Both the position numbers and the translations under genes were made by a program. From positions 179,599 through 243,598 of the forward strand of contig JAFGMG010000001.1 in the NCBI GenBank assembly GCA_016927655.1: a DNA stretch of 64,000 nt. The letters run 5' to 3'. Below the pieces are notes generated by a model. It searched no databases. It worked only from the letters and a program-made list of their open reading frames with translations, and was not told the origin of the DNA. How positions within the stretch are numbered: position 1 is the first letter of the stretch; the number at the start of each line of letters is the position of its first letter. This document shows positions 48,112 to 57,667 of the stretch, piece after piece. Source of the DNA: Candidatus Dojkabacteria bacterium. GTDB lineage: Bacteria; Patescibacteriota; Dojkabacteria; B142; JAFGMG01.

Positions 48112-49008
48112 ATGAAAAATGCAATGATAATTTCAGGTTCGTCGAATAATTCATTAGCGAAATCAATCTCGAAATATTCAAAAATACCAATCGGTAAAAC
48201 TAAAGTCGAGAATTTCCCAAACAAGGAAATTAGAATTTTGATAAAGGAAGATCTGAAAGAAAAAAATGTGTTTCTAGTACAAGCTACAAACGGCAGAGTA
48301 AATAGCTACATCATTGAACTTGCTCTACTTGCTGATGCAGCTAAAAGGTGTGGAGCAAAAAAAATCATAGCTATTATTCCATGGCTAGGATACTCACCCC
48401 AGGATAAAGTTTTTAGAAAAGGCGAACCATTATCTTCGAAGGTGATAGTAAAAATGCTTGAAAGTACTCAAATCGATAAGTTTATTTTAATCGATGTTCA
48501 CTCAAAGCTTGTTTTAAAGATGTTTACTAAACCTGTCGTACATTTAAGCGCAATGCCTGTTTTTGTCGAGCATTTTAAAGGCAAACTTGAAAAAACATCC
48601 TGGGTTTCTGTCGCACTCGATAAAGGTGCGCGGGAAAGAGCAAAGCTTTTCTCGAAAGAGCTAGGACTTCCGCTGGTTCAATTTGATAAGGAGCGGGACT
48701 TGAAAACCGGTGAGGTAAAATTCAAAAAACTCGAAGGGAATGTGAAAGGAAAAAATGTAATTTCATTTGACGATTTTGTAAGTACTGGCGGGACAAGAAT
48801 CCAGGCTAGCAAGCTGCTGAAACAACAGGGAGCAAAAAAATATATTGACTGTGTAACTCACCTAATCGTCCCGGAAACTACAAGAAAATTCCCGGCTTCA
48901 AAGATCGATGAGATTTATATTACCAACACAATACATTTGGATACAAAATTTAAAACTAAAAAATTACATGTACTAGATATTGGGAAATTAATTGCGAGAG
49001 GTATTTAA
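48112..49008 (+). CDS. prs: ribose-phosphate pyrophosphokinase (PRPP synthetase)
   Basis: IISGSSNNSLAKSISKY N-terminus; IPWLGYSPQDK; the PRPP-binding loop FDDFVSTGGT. Collinear with Prs across 298 aa. Confidence 0.85.
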   Translation: MKNAMIISGSSNNSLAKSISKYSKIPIGKTKVENFPNKEIRILIKEDLKEKNVFLVQATNGRVNSYIIELALLADAAKRCGAKKIIAIIPWLGYSPQDKVFRKGEPLSSKVIVKMLESTQIDKFILIDVHSKLVLKMFTKPVVHLSAMPVFVEHFKGKLEKTSWVSVALDKGARERAKLFSKELGLPLVQFDKERDLKTGEVKFKKLEGNVKGKNVISFDDFVSTGGTRIQASKLLKQQGAKKYIDCVTHLIVPETTRKFPASKIDEIYITNTIHLDTKFKTKKLHVLDIGKLIARGI

Positions 49009-49017
49009 TGCAAGGAA

Positions 49018-50319
49018 CTAGACATCATCAACATCCAGTCCAAGAGATCTTATAACATTTTCTCTACAGATTTGAGAGCTGGTTTTAATCGCTTTGGCTA
49101 CCGCTCTTTTAGCGTCTTCTGGTTTACAAACTTTTATCCATTTAGGATCAACAACCTCATTCCAATATTCTCCGCTCTCAGGCAAAGAAATATCATACCG
49201 TGTATCCTGGGGAAAAGGAGATTTGATTTTATCCAGAATGTGTATGCCTGTAGGCAAGTTCTGCTGGAACCAAGAATAGGCCTTTACCTCATGCTCCTGA
49301 AAGGGTCTCAATAAAACGACTTCCAACCCTAATGCTGCTAGCCATTGATTCTGATTTGGTCTAGTAATAACCGTCGTAAGAGATTTATCTTTAAGTGCCT
49401 CTATAAAAGCATCGACTTCAGAATCCCTATCGTCGTGACTTTCAATCTCAATTTTGTATTCTCTTAGCATATCTTCATCCGTTTGATATTTAACTTTTAC
49501 ATTTTTGTTCCTTAGCACATTTAAAATCATTTCTTTCAGTTCACCTTGATCAGGTCCTAAAATAACCTTAGTTTGAATCCCCTGCCCAACCAAGTAGTCT
49601 ACGCTTTCTAGTACCTGTTCTCTTTCTGGCATAGATCCCCCAACGGTTATTAAAGCTTTCCTTTCCACTTTCTTCCCTTCATCAATTAATTCTGTGATAT
49701 TATGCTTCCTTTCTTCATAAGCCACAAATATATCTTCATCAACTATTAGTCCCGTCTCAATAATCCTATTCTCACCAATTCCCTGATGTATCAAACTATT
49801 CGTTGCAGTTTTATTAGGAGTGAGAAAAACCATGTGACCATCTATGATCTGGGGGGAGATTCCTTTCGGGAACATATCAATTTCTAAACGTACTGTCGCG
49901 ATTTGTTTCTTCTGTAAAACCCCCTCAGGGATCTCCACAAGAGGCATTGTATGAGAAGATATAATAGCATCAGGCAATTCTTCAGCATCAAGATCAAGAA
50001 GAGCTTGCCTGTATTCTCCCATTAGCGCACCTATTATAATCGGATTAGTTCTAACGAAACTTACAGCTCTATCTTTAAAACGATCAATAACTCCATATCT
50101 TGACTGATAGGCTGTTGGCGTACTAGCAATTTTCTTAGGGAACTCAACAAATAATTCCCAGGCTAAATTCCCAGATGAAAATTGCGGCTCTTCAGTTCCC
50201 CTTTCATCATGAAATAGTCCGTTTGAAAGCGACATAAAATATTCGTGACCACTACTTGTTTTTATTCCCGGGATATATCTTTCTACTGAAAGATTCTCAT
50301 GAGCACAATTCATATTCAA
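49018..50319 (-). CDS. hypothetical protein, possible GT-B (MurG/MGDG-synthase-like) glycosyltransferase
   Basis: C-terminal half LITVGGSMPEREQ...TTVITRPNQNQWLAALGLEVVLL is reminiscent of GT28 C-terminal domains; weak. Confidence 0.35.
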   Translation of the reverse strand: MNMNCAHENLSVERYIPGIKTSSGHEYFMSLSNGLFHDERGTEEPQFSSGNLAWELFVEFPKKIASTPTAYQSRYGVIDRFKDRAVSFVRTNPIIIGALMGEYRQALLDLDAEELPDAIISSHTMPLVEIPEGVLQKKQIATVRLEIDMFPKGISPQIIDGHMVFLTPNKTATNSLIHQGIGENRIIETGLIVDEDIFVAYEERKHNITELIDEGKKVERKALITVGGSMPEREQVLESVDYLVGQGIQTKVILGPDQGELKEMILNVLRNKNVKVKYQTDEDMLREYKIEIESHDDRDSEVDAFIEALKDKSLTTVITRPNQNQWLAALGLEVVLLRPFQEHEVKAYSWFQQNLPTGIHILDKIKSPFPQDTRYDISLPESGEYWNEVVDPKWIKVCKPEDAKRAVAKAIKTSSQICRENVIRSLGLDVDDV

Positions 50320-50356
50320 TTTGAAAAATATATTTCCTATTATATTATAAATATAG

Positions 50357-51034
50357 TTAAATTATTACCCTTCCCCACCCCTCTGCGATAATTATATGAT
50401 CGAGAAGCTGAATATCCAGCAGATCACAAGCGGAGCGGACTTTTTGGGTAAATAAAATATCCTGCCTGGAGGGTACGGTATCTCCGCTTGGATGATTGTG
50501 CAGAAGAATAATACTTTTGGAAAGAAGTTCTACCGCCGGCTGCAGGATATTTTTCACCGAGGTGTTGATCGAGTCCGCTCCGCCTATGCTTATTAACTCT
50601 TCATGAATAATTCTCTGCCTGGTATTTAGATAAATCGCCCGCAGTTCTTCTCGTTTGAGTTTTCCCATCGATTTAAACAGCTTATAAACATCCTCTGCAT
50701 CGCGGATTACAGGCATTCTTTCATTTGTCTCTTTGAAGAATCTGCGCCCAAGCTCAAATAACGCTACTAGCTGGCAGGCTTTTGCATTTCCCAGGCCAAG
50801 AATATCTTGCACTTTCCCGACATCTTTAATATTTGTAATCGATCTGGAGCCATATTCTTTTAGACATCTCGCCGATAGATCCAAAACACCCTCTTTCCTC
50901 GTTCCAGTGATAAAAATCGTCGCAAGAAGCTCCGCGTTGCTCAATACATCCGGACCATGCGCTATTAGTTTTTCACGAGGCCGCTGTTCAAATTCCAAAT
51001 CGCTGATTTCATCTATATTTTCATAGTTTGACAT
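50357..51034 (-). CDS. radC: RadC-like JAB/MPN domain protein
   Basis: HNHPSGDTVPSRQDILFTQKV is the JAMM motif (HxHPxG...S..D); N-terminal helix-hairpin-helix region ELLATIFITGT... Confidence 0.85.
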   Translation of the reverse strand: MSNYENIDEISDLEFEQRPREKLIAHGPDVLSNAELLATIFITGTRKEGVLDLSARCLKEYGSRSITNIKDVGKVQDILGLGNAKACQLVALFELGRRFFKETNERMPVIRDAEDVYKLFKSMGKLKREELRAIYLNTRQRIIHEELISIGGADSINTSVKNILQPAVELLSKSIILLHNHPSGDTVPSRQDILFTQKVRSACDLLDIQLLDHIIIAEGWGRVII

Positions 51035-51184
51035 TATCTACCCACTAACAATTCCTTGATCCTACCAGACAAACCTTGCCAGATTATGGAAATATTATTG
51101 CGTTTCACTGGAAATTGACAGGGACAGGTTCGCCAGACGAGTTCATCTGCGTTATAATGGGTCATTAACTTTTATAAATTAAGA

Positions 51185-51721
51185 ATGATTGTCAGAAATA
51201 AAGATCAACGAGTTGCAGTACTAGTCGATGTACAGAATATGTATTATTCAGCGAAGAATCTTTATCAATCAAAAGTAAATTTTAAAAATTTACTTGATGT
51301 TGCTGTTCAAGGGCGGATACTAACAAGAGCTATCGCATACGTAATAAACACCGAACTAGGCAAGAAAAATGAGTTTTTTGACGCGGTGAATAGCGCAGGT
51401 TTTGAGACAAAAGAAAAAGAACTTCAGATATTTGCCGGTGGAGCGAAAAAAGGTGACTGGGACGTAGGAATTGCAATGGACGCGGTTAGACTTGGGAACA
51501 AAGTCGACTCAATAGTTTTAATCTCAGGTGATGGAGATTTCAAACCTGTTGTAAATTACCTTCAACAGTCACTTGGCTGTTTGGTTGAGGTAGTCGCCTT
51601 TGGCAAATCAGCAAATGCAGGACTTGTTGAACAGGCAGATGATTTTATCGATATCGATCAAAATCAGGCAAAACTGCTTTTTAAAGAACGCAAAACAAGC
51701 GAGACAAGAACTGCAAAATAA
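51185..51721 (+). CDS. NYN-domain (LabA-like) protein
   Basis: VAVLVDVQNMYYSA...GDWDVGIAMDA...LISGDGDF are the conserved acidic residues of the LabA/NYN nuclease fold. Confidence 0.75.
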   Translation: MIVRNKDQRVAVLVDVQNMYYSAKNLYQSKVNFKNLLDVAVQGRILTRAIAYVINTELGKKNEFFDAVNSAGFETKEKELQIFAGGAKKGDWDVGIAMDAVRLGNKVDSIVLISGDGDFKPVVNYLQQSLGCLVEVVAFGKSANAGLVEQADDFIDIDQNQAKLLFKERKTSETRTAK

Positions 51722-51900
51722 AATAACTGGGAATTATGCACACGATGCATAGATCGTGTTAAAAAAACTTTAAGAACAAGTGAAAAAAAACGAAATATTC
51801 TGTGGAAGTGGGGTTTGTTTATACCACTATGACAAAATCGACAAATATGTTGTATATGACATAAATGTCGATTTTTCGATAATGTTTTGGAGAGGTATCC

Positions 51901-52887
51901 TCATACATGAGAAGCCAAGTAGAGATATTCTGAAACGGCTTTTCGTTCTTTGCCTTCCAGCTGGATTTCCTCAAGTTCCAACGCCCCGCCTTTTAATGGG
52001 ACAAATAGGCCTTTCCCGTTTTTGACTATTTCGAGAGTTTTTGCATTTCCATGTTGTTTAAACTCAATCTTAGTCTCAATCTTAAGATCTCCAATTTTCG
52101 CTTTAAAAATTTTCAGCCTCTTCTCTTCCCCATTGACCCCAACGAATCCCCAAGCCACAGGCCAAGAATAGAAAGCTCTGATCATTCTCTCGGCTACCGC
52201 GACCTCTGTGTCAGGCGTGATTTGTGCTTTTTCTTTTGAGATGTCTTTTTGGACACAATATGTCGCCTCTGAATCATTTTGAGAAGAAGCCTCAAGACCG
52301 CCTTCTATCCAGCCTTTTATTACTTCTTCGATTCTTCCTCCGGCAAGGGAAGAAAGCTTTTTGCTTAAGCTCTTTGTTGTTTCATCATCTGAAATTTTGA
52401 CTCTAAAACTTTTAATCACGTCACCCGCATCCAATTTATCGATCATTTTTTGGAAACTTATTCCGGTTTCTTCAAGCCCCTGGAGAATTGCCATTGGGAT
52501 TGGAACTGCGCCACGAAGTTTTGGCAAAAGCGAAGCGTGGACATTTATGCAGCCAAATTTTGGATATTCAAGCATCTCATTTGGGATCATCTGACCAAAA
52601 GACGCAACTATTATCAATTCAGGTGAAGTTTCTTCAAGGATTTTTCCCGCCTCATCTTTTAATTTTTCTGGTTTAAACAGCTTCAGATTTTCAATATCTT
52701 TGGCATAATCTGCAACAGCAGAAGGTTTCAGCTCCGAGTGATGTCTGCCCGTCGGCTTATCTGGCTGGGTCACAACTCCGACAAGGTCAATAAAATCTAT
52801 TTTTACAAGCCTTGTTAAAATCGGAATTGCAAAATCACTAGTACCAATAAAAAGTGTGCGGATTGTTTTCATTTCAGTACTGCTCAA
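51901..52887 (-). CDS. fmt: methionyl-tRNA formyltransferase
   Basis: TLFIGTSDFAIPIL N-terminus; HASLLPKLRGAVPI (the SLLP motif); C-terminal Fmt domain. The start may be the second Met (52872). Confidence 0.85.
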   Translation of the reverse strand: MSSTEMKTIRTLFIGTSDFAIPILTRLVKIDFIDLVGVVTQPDKPTGRHHSELKPSAVADYAKDIENLKLFKPEKLKDEAGKILEETSPELIIVASFGQMIPNEMLEYPKFGCINVHASLLPKLRGAVPIPMAILQGLEETGISFQKMIDKLDAGDVIKSFRVKISDDETTKSLSKKLSSLAGGRIEEVIKGWIEGGLEASSQNDSEATYCVQKDISKEKAQITPDTEVAVAERMIRAFYSWPVAWGFVGVNGEEKRLKIFKAKIGDLKIETKIEFKQHGNAKTLEIVKNGKGLFVPLKGGALELEEIQLEGKERKAVSEYLYLASHV

Positions 52888-53563
52888 AATATATCTGCTC
52901 CTTTTTTACACCCTTTAGTTCAAGTGCGGATTTTACACTCTCAAGCATGTCTTTTATGCCACAGATATAATAATCGGCCTTTGGATCAATGTCATTGAGA
53001 TATTCGGTAACTCTGCCGACTGATTTTTTGATATTTCCCATATCCCCAGGCAGCCAAGCTTCTGTCGGTCTTGTAACACTGAGATTAAAACTGAAATTTG
53101 GATATTTCCCCGCTAATTCAGTCAGATCTTTCTCTTTTAGAATGTCTTTTTCATAACGAGTGCCGAAAAGAAGATGTAACTTCCTCGGATATCCTGCATT
53201 TAACTGTTCTTTGATCATTGAAATACAGGGTGCAATCCCAGTTCCTGTAGCAATAAAAACCGCATCTCCTCGTGATTTGAAATTGAAATTACCCATTGGG
53301 CCTATTATATCGACCTCATCTCCAACTTTTACCTTTTCAAAAAACTTTGAGCCGGGACCTCCCGGATCAGTATTGACAAGAAATTCCAGTTCCGGCTCGT
53401 CAGGTCCAGATGAGATTGAATAATACCGCTTGAGCTTGTCGCCAACGATAAATGCTGCAAACTGACCTGCCTTGAATTCAAATGGTTTCTCAAATTTACT
53501 GCAATACAATTGAGAACTTACTTCTTCTTTTGAAAGCAGCTTAATCTTGTGTGATTTTGGCAT
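52874..53563 (-). CDS. FNR-like FAD/NAD(P)-binding oxidoreductase
   Basis: RYYSISS is an RxYS FAD-binding motif; GTGIAP is the NAD(P) motif. 229 aa. Confidence 0.7.
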   Translation of the reverse strand: MPKSHKIKLLSKEEVSSQLYCSKFEKPFEFKAGQFAAFIVGDKLKRYYSISSGPDEPELEFLVNTDPGGPGSKFFEKVKVGDEVDIIGPMGNFNFKSRGDAVFIATGTGIAPCISMIKEQLNAGYPRKLHLLFGTRYEKDILKEKDLTELAGKYPNFSFNLSVTRPTEAWLPGDMGNIKKSVGRVTEYLNDIDPKADYYICGIKDMLESVKSALELKGVKKEQIYFEQY

Positions 53564-53564
53564 A

Positions 53565-53972
53565 CTAGTTTATTACTGAACTAACAATATATGGGGCGAT
53601 TTTTGTAATTGAGTCATTTGATAGTTTTTCAAGCTCCGTCCCGCACTCAGATTCATTTACATCTTTCAATTCACTAAGAATAGAGCTGACATCGTAAACA
53701 TTGCTCTGATAAATCACCCAGCAATTTTCAGCAGTATTGTATTGGACAATTGAGGGAGAATTGAAACTACTAGCCTCATTAAACTGCGTTTCATTTAGAT
53801 CTGTTATCTGGTCCTCTTCAGACAAGTCATTTTGCTCATCAAGAAGTATAAATATTGTTGAAGCAATGATCAACCCTGCAACTGTTAGGCCGACCAGGCC
53901 TATTAACATTCTTCTTGGGACGTTTTTTGGGATTACTATTTTCATAAGGACAGTATACATGAACTGGCTCAA
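53565..53972 (-). CDS. small membrane-anchored protein (weak cytochrome-b5-like segment lacking heme ligands)
   Basis: N-terminal TM helix LIGLVGLTVAGLIIASTIFILL. ENCWVIYQSNVYDVSSIL is reminiscent of the b5 W..I.G.VYDVT core, but no HPGG. Confidence 0.35.
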   Translation of the reverse strand: MSQFMYTVLMKIVIPKNVPRRMLIGLVGLTVAGLIIASTIFILLDEQNDLSEEDQITDLNETQFNEASSFNSPSIVQYNTAENCWVIYQSNVYDVSSILSELKDVNESECGTELEKLSNDSITKIAPYIVSSVIN

Positions 53973-54065
53973 GGCTTCTAGATATTTTATCTTTGATTTT
54001 TTAGAATTCTTGATCAGTATGCGCTATAATTGCCTTGTTTTAGTATGTATTTTATAGCTACGCAA

Positions 54066-57000
54066 ATGCCAATATTCAAACCAGTTGATCCGCGGGCAAA
54101 ATTCCCTGCACTTGAAGACGCAATAACAAAATTCTGGAAAGAAAATAAAATTTTCGAGAAATCTATTGAAATTAGACCGGTAAGTGACAAATATGTCTTC
54201 TATGACGGTCCTCCATTTATCACAGGAATGCCTCACTACGGACATTTACTGGGGAGTATTGCAAAAGACGTGGTACCAAGGTACTGGACTATGAATGGGA
54301 AGCGGATCGAAAGAGTCTGGGGCTGGGATTGCCATGGCTTACCGATCGAGAATAAAGTCGAAGAGAAAATTGGGCTGAAGAACAGGCGTGATATTGAAAA
54401 ATTCGGGATAGAAAATTTTGTAAAAGAATGCTACAAATACACTGAGGAAACTAGTGCAGAATGGAAATGGTACATAGACAAAATCGGCAGATGGGTCGAC
54501 ATGGATCAAGCCTACAGGACAATGGATCAGGACTACATGGAGACTGTCATCTGGGTATTTAAGCAGCTATGGGACAAGAGGCTTGTCTATCAAGGTACGA
54601 GAGTTTCTCTCTTTTGCACCAGATGCGGAACACCAGTTTCAAATTTTGAAATCGCAATGGATAACAGTTATGAAGACATGGAAGACCCAGCTGTTACGGT
54701 TAAATTCCCGCTCAAGGACGTCGAAGGGACAAAATTCGAAGGTGCCAGCATCCTTGCCTGGACGACTACCCCATGGACACTGCCAAGTAATAGGGCTTTG
54801 GTTGTAGACGAAAATGAGGACTATGTCTTGGTAAATGTACAGAAATTAGAAATTGAACTAGAAAAGTGCTGGCTGATCAAAGAACTTCCAAAAGATCTGA
54901 CGAAACAAAAATCATCGCAGATCACACAGGCGTATCTGGAAAATTTTGTAGATGAAAAAGGTATAAAACCAAAACAAGCCAGAATTCGGAAATTAGATAA
55001 TAAATATACGTTTACTTTGAAATATTTTGCCGGCAGTGAAGAAGAAAAAGGGCAATTAGTAGAAAAAATCGAAGAGATTACAAAGGAAAAATACATTGAA
55101 CTTATCAAGCAAGCCACGAAGAAAGTTGTAAAAACTAGATATTATTATCCATTAGACGAAAAATTTGTAGCCGAGATAGACATCTACGCGAATAATTTAG
55201 AGGGCTTGAACGTAGTTGAGGTCGAATTTCCAAGTATAAAAGCCGAACAGGAATTTGTAGTGCCAGAATGGTTTGGAAAAGAGGTTACAGAATCAGAAGG
55301 AGTATGTCCGCCAAAAATTGCGGAGATGTCATTTAGTGATGTTGTAGAAATTAACAATAATTTTAGCCAACCAGAACACCACTATGAAGAATCCGTCCAA
55401 ACGCATAGAGTGATACTTGCGAAGAAAAGAGTTGGGGCAGTTTTAAAAGATCTTGATTATCAGATCATGGAAGAATTTAAAGGCAAAGAGCTTGTCGGAC
55501 TTAGCTACTCTGCTCCATTCGACTATTATCCTGCCAATGATAAAGAACTTAAGGTTTATTCTTACGAAGGCATGGTAACTATGGACGAGGGAACAGGGAT
55601 TGTGCACTCTGCTCCGGGATTCGGCGAAATCGACACTGAAATGGGGAATCACTATGGCTTACAAACAATGTTCGCAGTCAATGATGAGGGTAAATTCCAG
55701 CCCGAAGTCAAAGATTATGCTGGGATGTATATAAAAGACGCCGATCCAAAAATCATTGCTGATTTATTCAATAGAGACCTGATGTTCAAAGCAGAAAGGA
55801 TAGTTCATAGATATCCATACTGCTATAGATGCCACACACCACTTATACAAAAAGCACAGCCATCATGGTTTGTAGATATACAATCCATGAAAAAGGATAT
55901 GCTAAAAAATAATGAGAATACAAACTGGGTACCAGATCACCTGAAAGAAGGACGTTTTGCAAAAGGAATTGAACAAGCCCCTGACTGGGGGATTAGCAGG
56001 AGTAGATATTGGGCAACTCCAATGCCAGTATGGAAATGCGAGAAAGAAGGCTGCGATCATATGCAGGTTTTTGGATCTCGCGCAGAAATTGAAGAAAAAT
56101 CCGGTCAAAAGATTGAAAACTTTCATAGACCTTATATAGACGAAATCACAATGCCTTGTGAAAAATGCGGCGGAGTTATGAAAAGGATCCCCGAAGTACT
56201 CGATGTGTGGATGGACAGTGGATCAATGCCATATGCAGAAAGACACTATCCTTTCGAAAACAAAGAAGACTTTGAAGCAAATTATCCTGCAGACTATATA
56301 GTTGAATATGTCGGCCAGACAAGAGCTTGGTTCTACACTATGCATGTAATTTCAACCGGCTTATTCAATAGCGAAAGTTTCAAAAACGTCATTGGCACAG
56401 GAGTGATGGCGGGTACTGACGGAAGAAAAATGAGCAAGACATACGGAAATTATCCTGATCCGAAAGGAGTTCTCGAAACTTATGGAGCCGAAGCCATGAG
56501 AATGTATTTCATGGGCAGTTCAATAATGGTTGGAGAAGATATGAATATTTCCGAAGATGAATTTAAAGAACAGGTAAAAGCTTTCTTACTCCCATTCTGG
56601 AATAGTTACAGTTTCTTTGTAACTTATGCAAATATTCACAATTGGAGACCAAGAGCAGATCTTGTCCAGGTAGATGGCAAAGTTCCATTTGATCAATTTT
56701 CGAATAAGCTGGATCAATGGATAGCAGCAAAATTGCAGCTGGTGATAAGAAATATCAGGGAAAGTATGGAAGCATACAATATTCCAGCCGCAGTGAGGGA
56801 ATTGCCGGAATTCGTAAATATCTTATCCAAATGGTACATCAGAAGAAGCAGAGACAGGTTCAATGCAGGCGATTCACAGGCAATGGAAACTTTGTATTAC
56901 ATTCTCATTGAATTTGCAAAGGCAGCAGCGCCATTTATTCCATTCTTGACAGAAGAGATCTGGCAGAATTTAATCGTAAATGAACTCAAAGAGCAGCCGG

Positions 57001-57611
57001 AGTCAATTCACCTGGCAGATTATCCAAAAGACGATATTAGTTTCGCTGAAAAATCCGCAATGATGATGAAACAGATGGACGCGGTCCGTGAAATTGTGGG
57101 TCTTGGGCAAGCAGTTAGAGTCGAGAAAGGAATCAAAGTCCGCCAACCACTTGCAGAAATGGAGATCAACCTGGACATTCAGGGCCAGAGAGACTACGAA
57201 ATTGAAGACTGGATGAAGGAGCTGATCGCAGAGGAACTGAATATCAAAGTCATAGACGAAGATAATGCGCCTTCACAAGCTGAAGGCTGGGAATATAGAG
57301 AATCTCCAAGCGGACAGGTTCAAATTTCTATAAATACAAATCTAACCGATATACTTTTCCGTGAGGGTATTTATCGGGAGCTAGTTAGATTTATCCAGGC
57401 AAGAAGGAAGAAAGACGGGCTAAACGTCGAAGAGAAGATAAAAATAAACATCACGACCGAGGCAGCAGATCTTTTAATAGCAATTGATGAGTATAAAGAA
57501 CAACTGATCCAGACAACAAATGCAGTTGATATTAACGTCAATAAAGCCAGAACAAAAACCGGGCTAAAATTAAATGGTATGGATCTGGATTTGGAGATTT
57601 CCGCAGACTAA
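54066..57611 (+). CDS. ileS: isoleucyl-tRNA synthetase
   Basis: HIGH-type motif PHYGHLLG; WGWDCHGLPIE; KMSKS-type motif RKMSKTYGN; 1181 aa from the ATG at 54066. The track ORF starts at 54030. Confidence 0.9.
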   Translation: MPIFKPVDPRAKFPALEDAITKFWKENKIFEKSIEIRPVSDKYVFYDGPPFITGMPHYGHLLGSIAKDVVPRYWTMNGKRIERVWGWDCHGLPIENKVEEKIGLKNRRDIEKFGIENFVKECYKYTEETSAEWKWYIDKIGRWVDMDQAYRTMDQDYMETVIWVFKQLWDKRLVYQGTRVSLFCTRCGTPVSNFEIAMDNSYEDMEDPAVTVKFPLKDVEGTKFEGASILAWTTTPWTLPSNRALVVDENEDYVLVNVQKLEIELEKCWLIKELPKDLTKQKSSQITQAYLENFVDEKGIKPKQARIRKLDNKYTFTLKYFAGSEEEKGQLVEKIEEITKEKYIELIKQATKKVVKTRYYYPLDEKFVAEIDIYANNLEGLNVVEVEFPSIKAEQEFVVPEWFGKEVTESEGVCPPKIAEMSFSDVVEINNNFSQPEHHYEESVQTHRVILAKKRVGAVLKDLDYQIMEEFKGKELVGLSYSAPFDYYPANDKELKVYSYEGMVTMDEGTGIVHSAPGFGEIDTEMGNHYGLQTMFAVNDEGKFQPEVKDYAGMYIKDADPKIIADLFNRDLMFKAERIVHRYPYCYRCHTPLIQKAQPSWFVDIQSMKKDMLKNNENTNWVPDHLKEGRFAKGIEQAPDWGISRSRYWATPMPVWKCEKEGCDHMQVFGSRAEIEEKSGQKIENFHRPYIDEITMPCEKCGGVMKRIPEVLDVWMDSGSMPYAERHYPFENKEDFEANYPADYIVEYVGQTRAWFYTMHVISTGLFNSESFKNVIGTGVMAGTDGRKMSKTYGNYPDPKGVLETYGAEAMRMYFMGSSIMVGEDMNISEDEFKEQVKAFLLPFWNSYSFFVTYANIHNWRPRADLVQVDGKVPFDQFSNKLDQWIAAKLQLVIRNIRESMEAYNIPAAVRELPEFVNILSKWYIRRSRDRFNAGDSQAMETLYYILIEFAKAAAPFIPFLTEEIWQNLIVNELKEQPESIHLADYPKDDISFAEKSAMMMKQMDAVREIVGLGQAVRVEKGIKVRQPLAEMEINLDIQGQRDYEIEDWMKELIAEELNIKVIDEDNAPSQAEGWEYRESPSGQVQISINTNLTDILFREGIYRELVRFIQARRKKDGLNVEEKIKINITTEAADLLIAIDEYKEQLIQTTNAVDINVNKARTKTGLKLNGMDLDLEISAD

Positions 57612-57667
57612 TCCTTGAACATTGATCTTCAAACCACTATACTGGAGAAGTTATTAATCACCTTATC

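Noticed and set aside
51780-52025. 81-aa ORF in the NYN-fmt intergenic region
   Set aside because: It overlaps the 3' end of fmt in antisense and has no recognisable features, so it is probably spurious. The imperfect AT-rich inverted repeat at ~51833-51880, followed by TTTTT, may be a weak plus-strand terminator; it cannot be confirmed from sequence alone.
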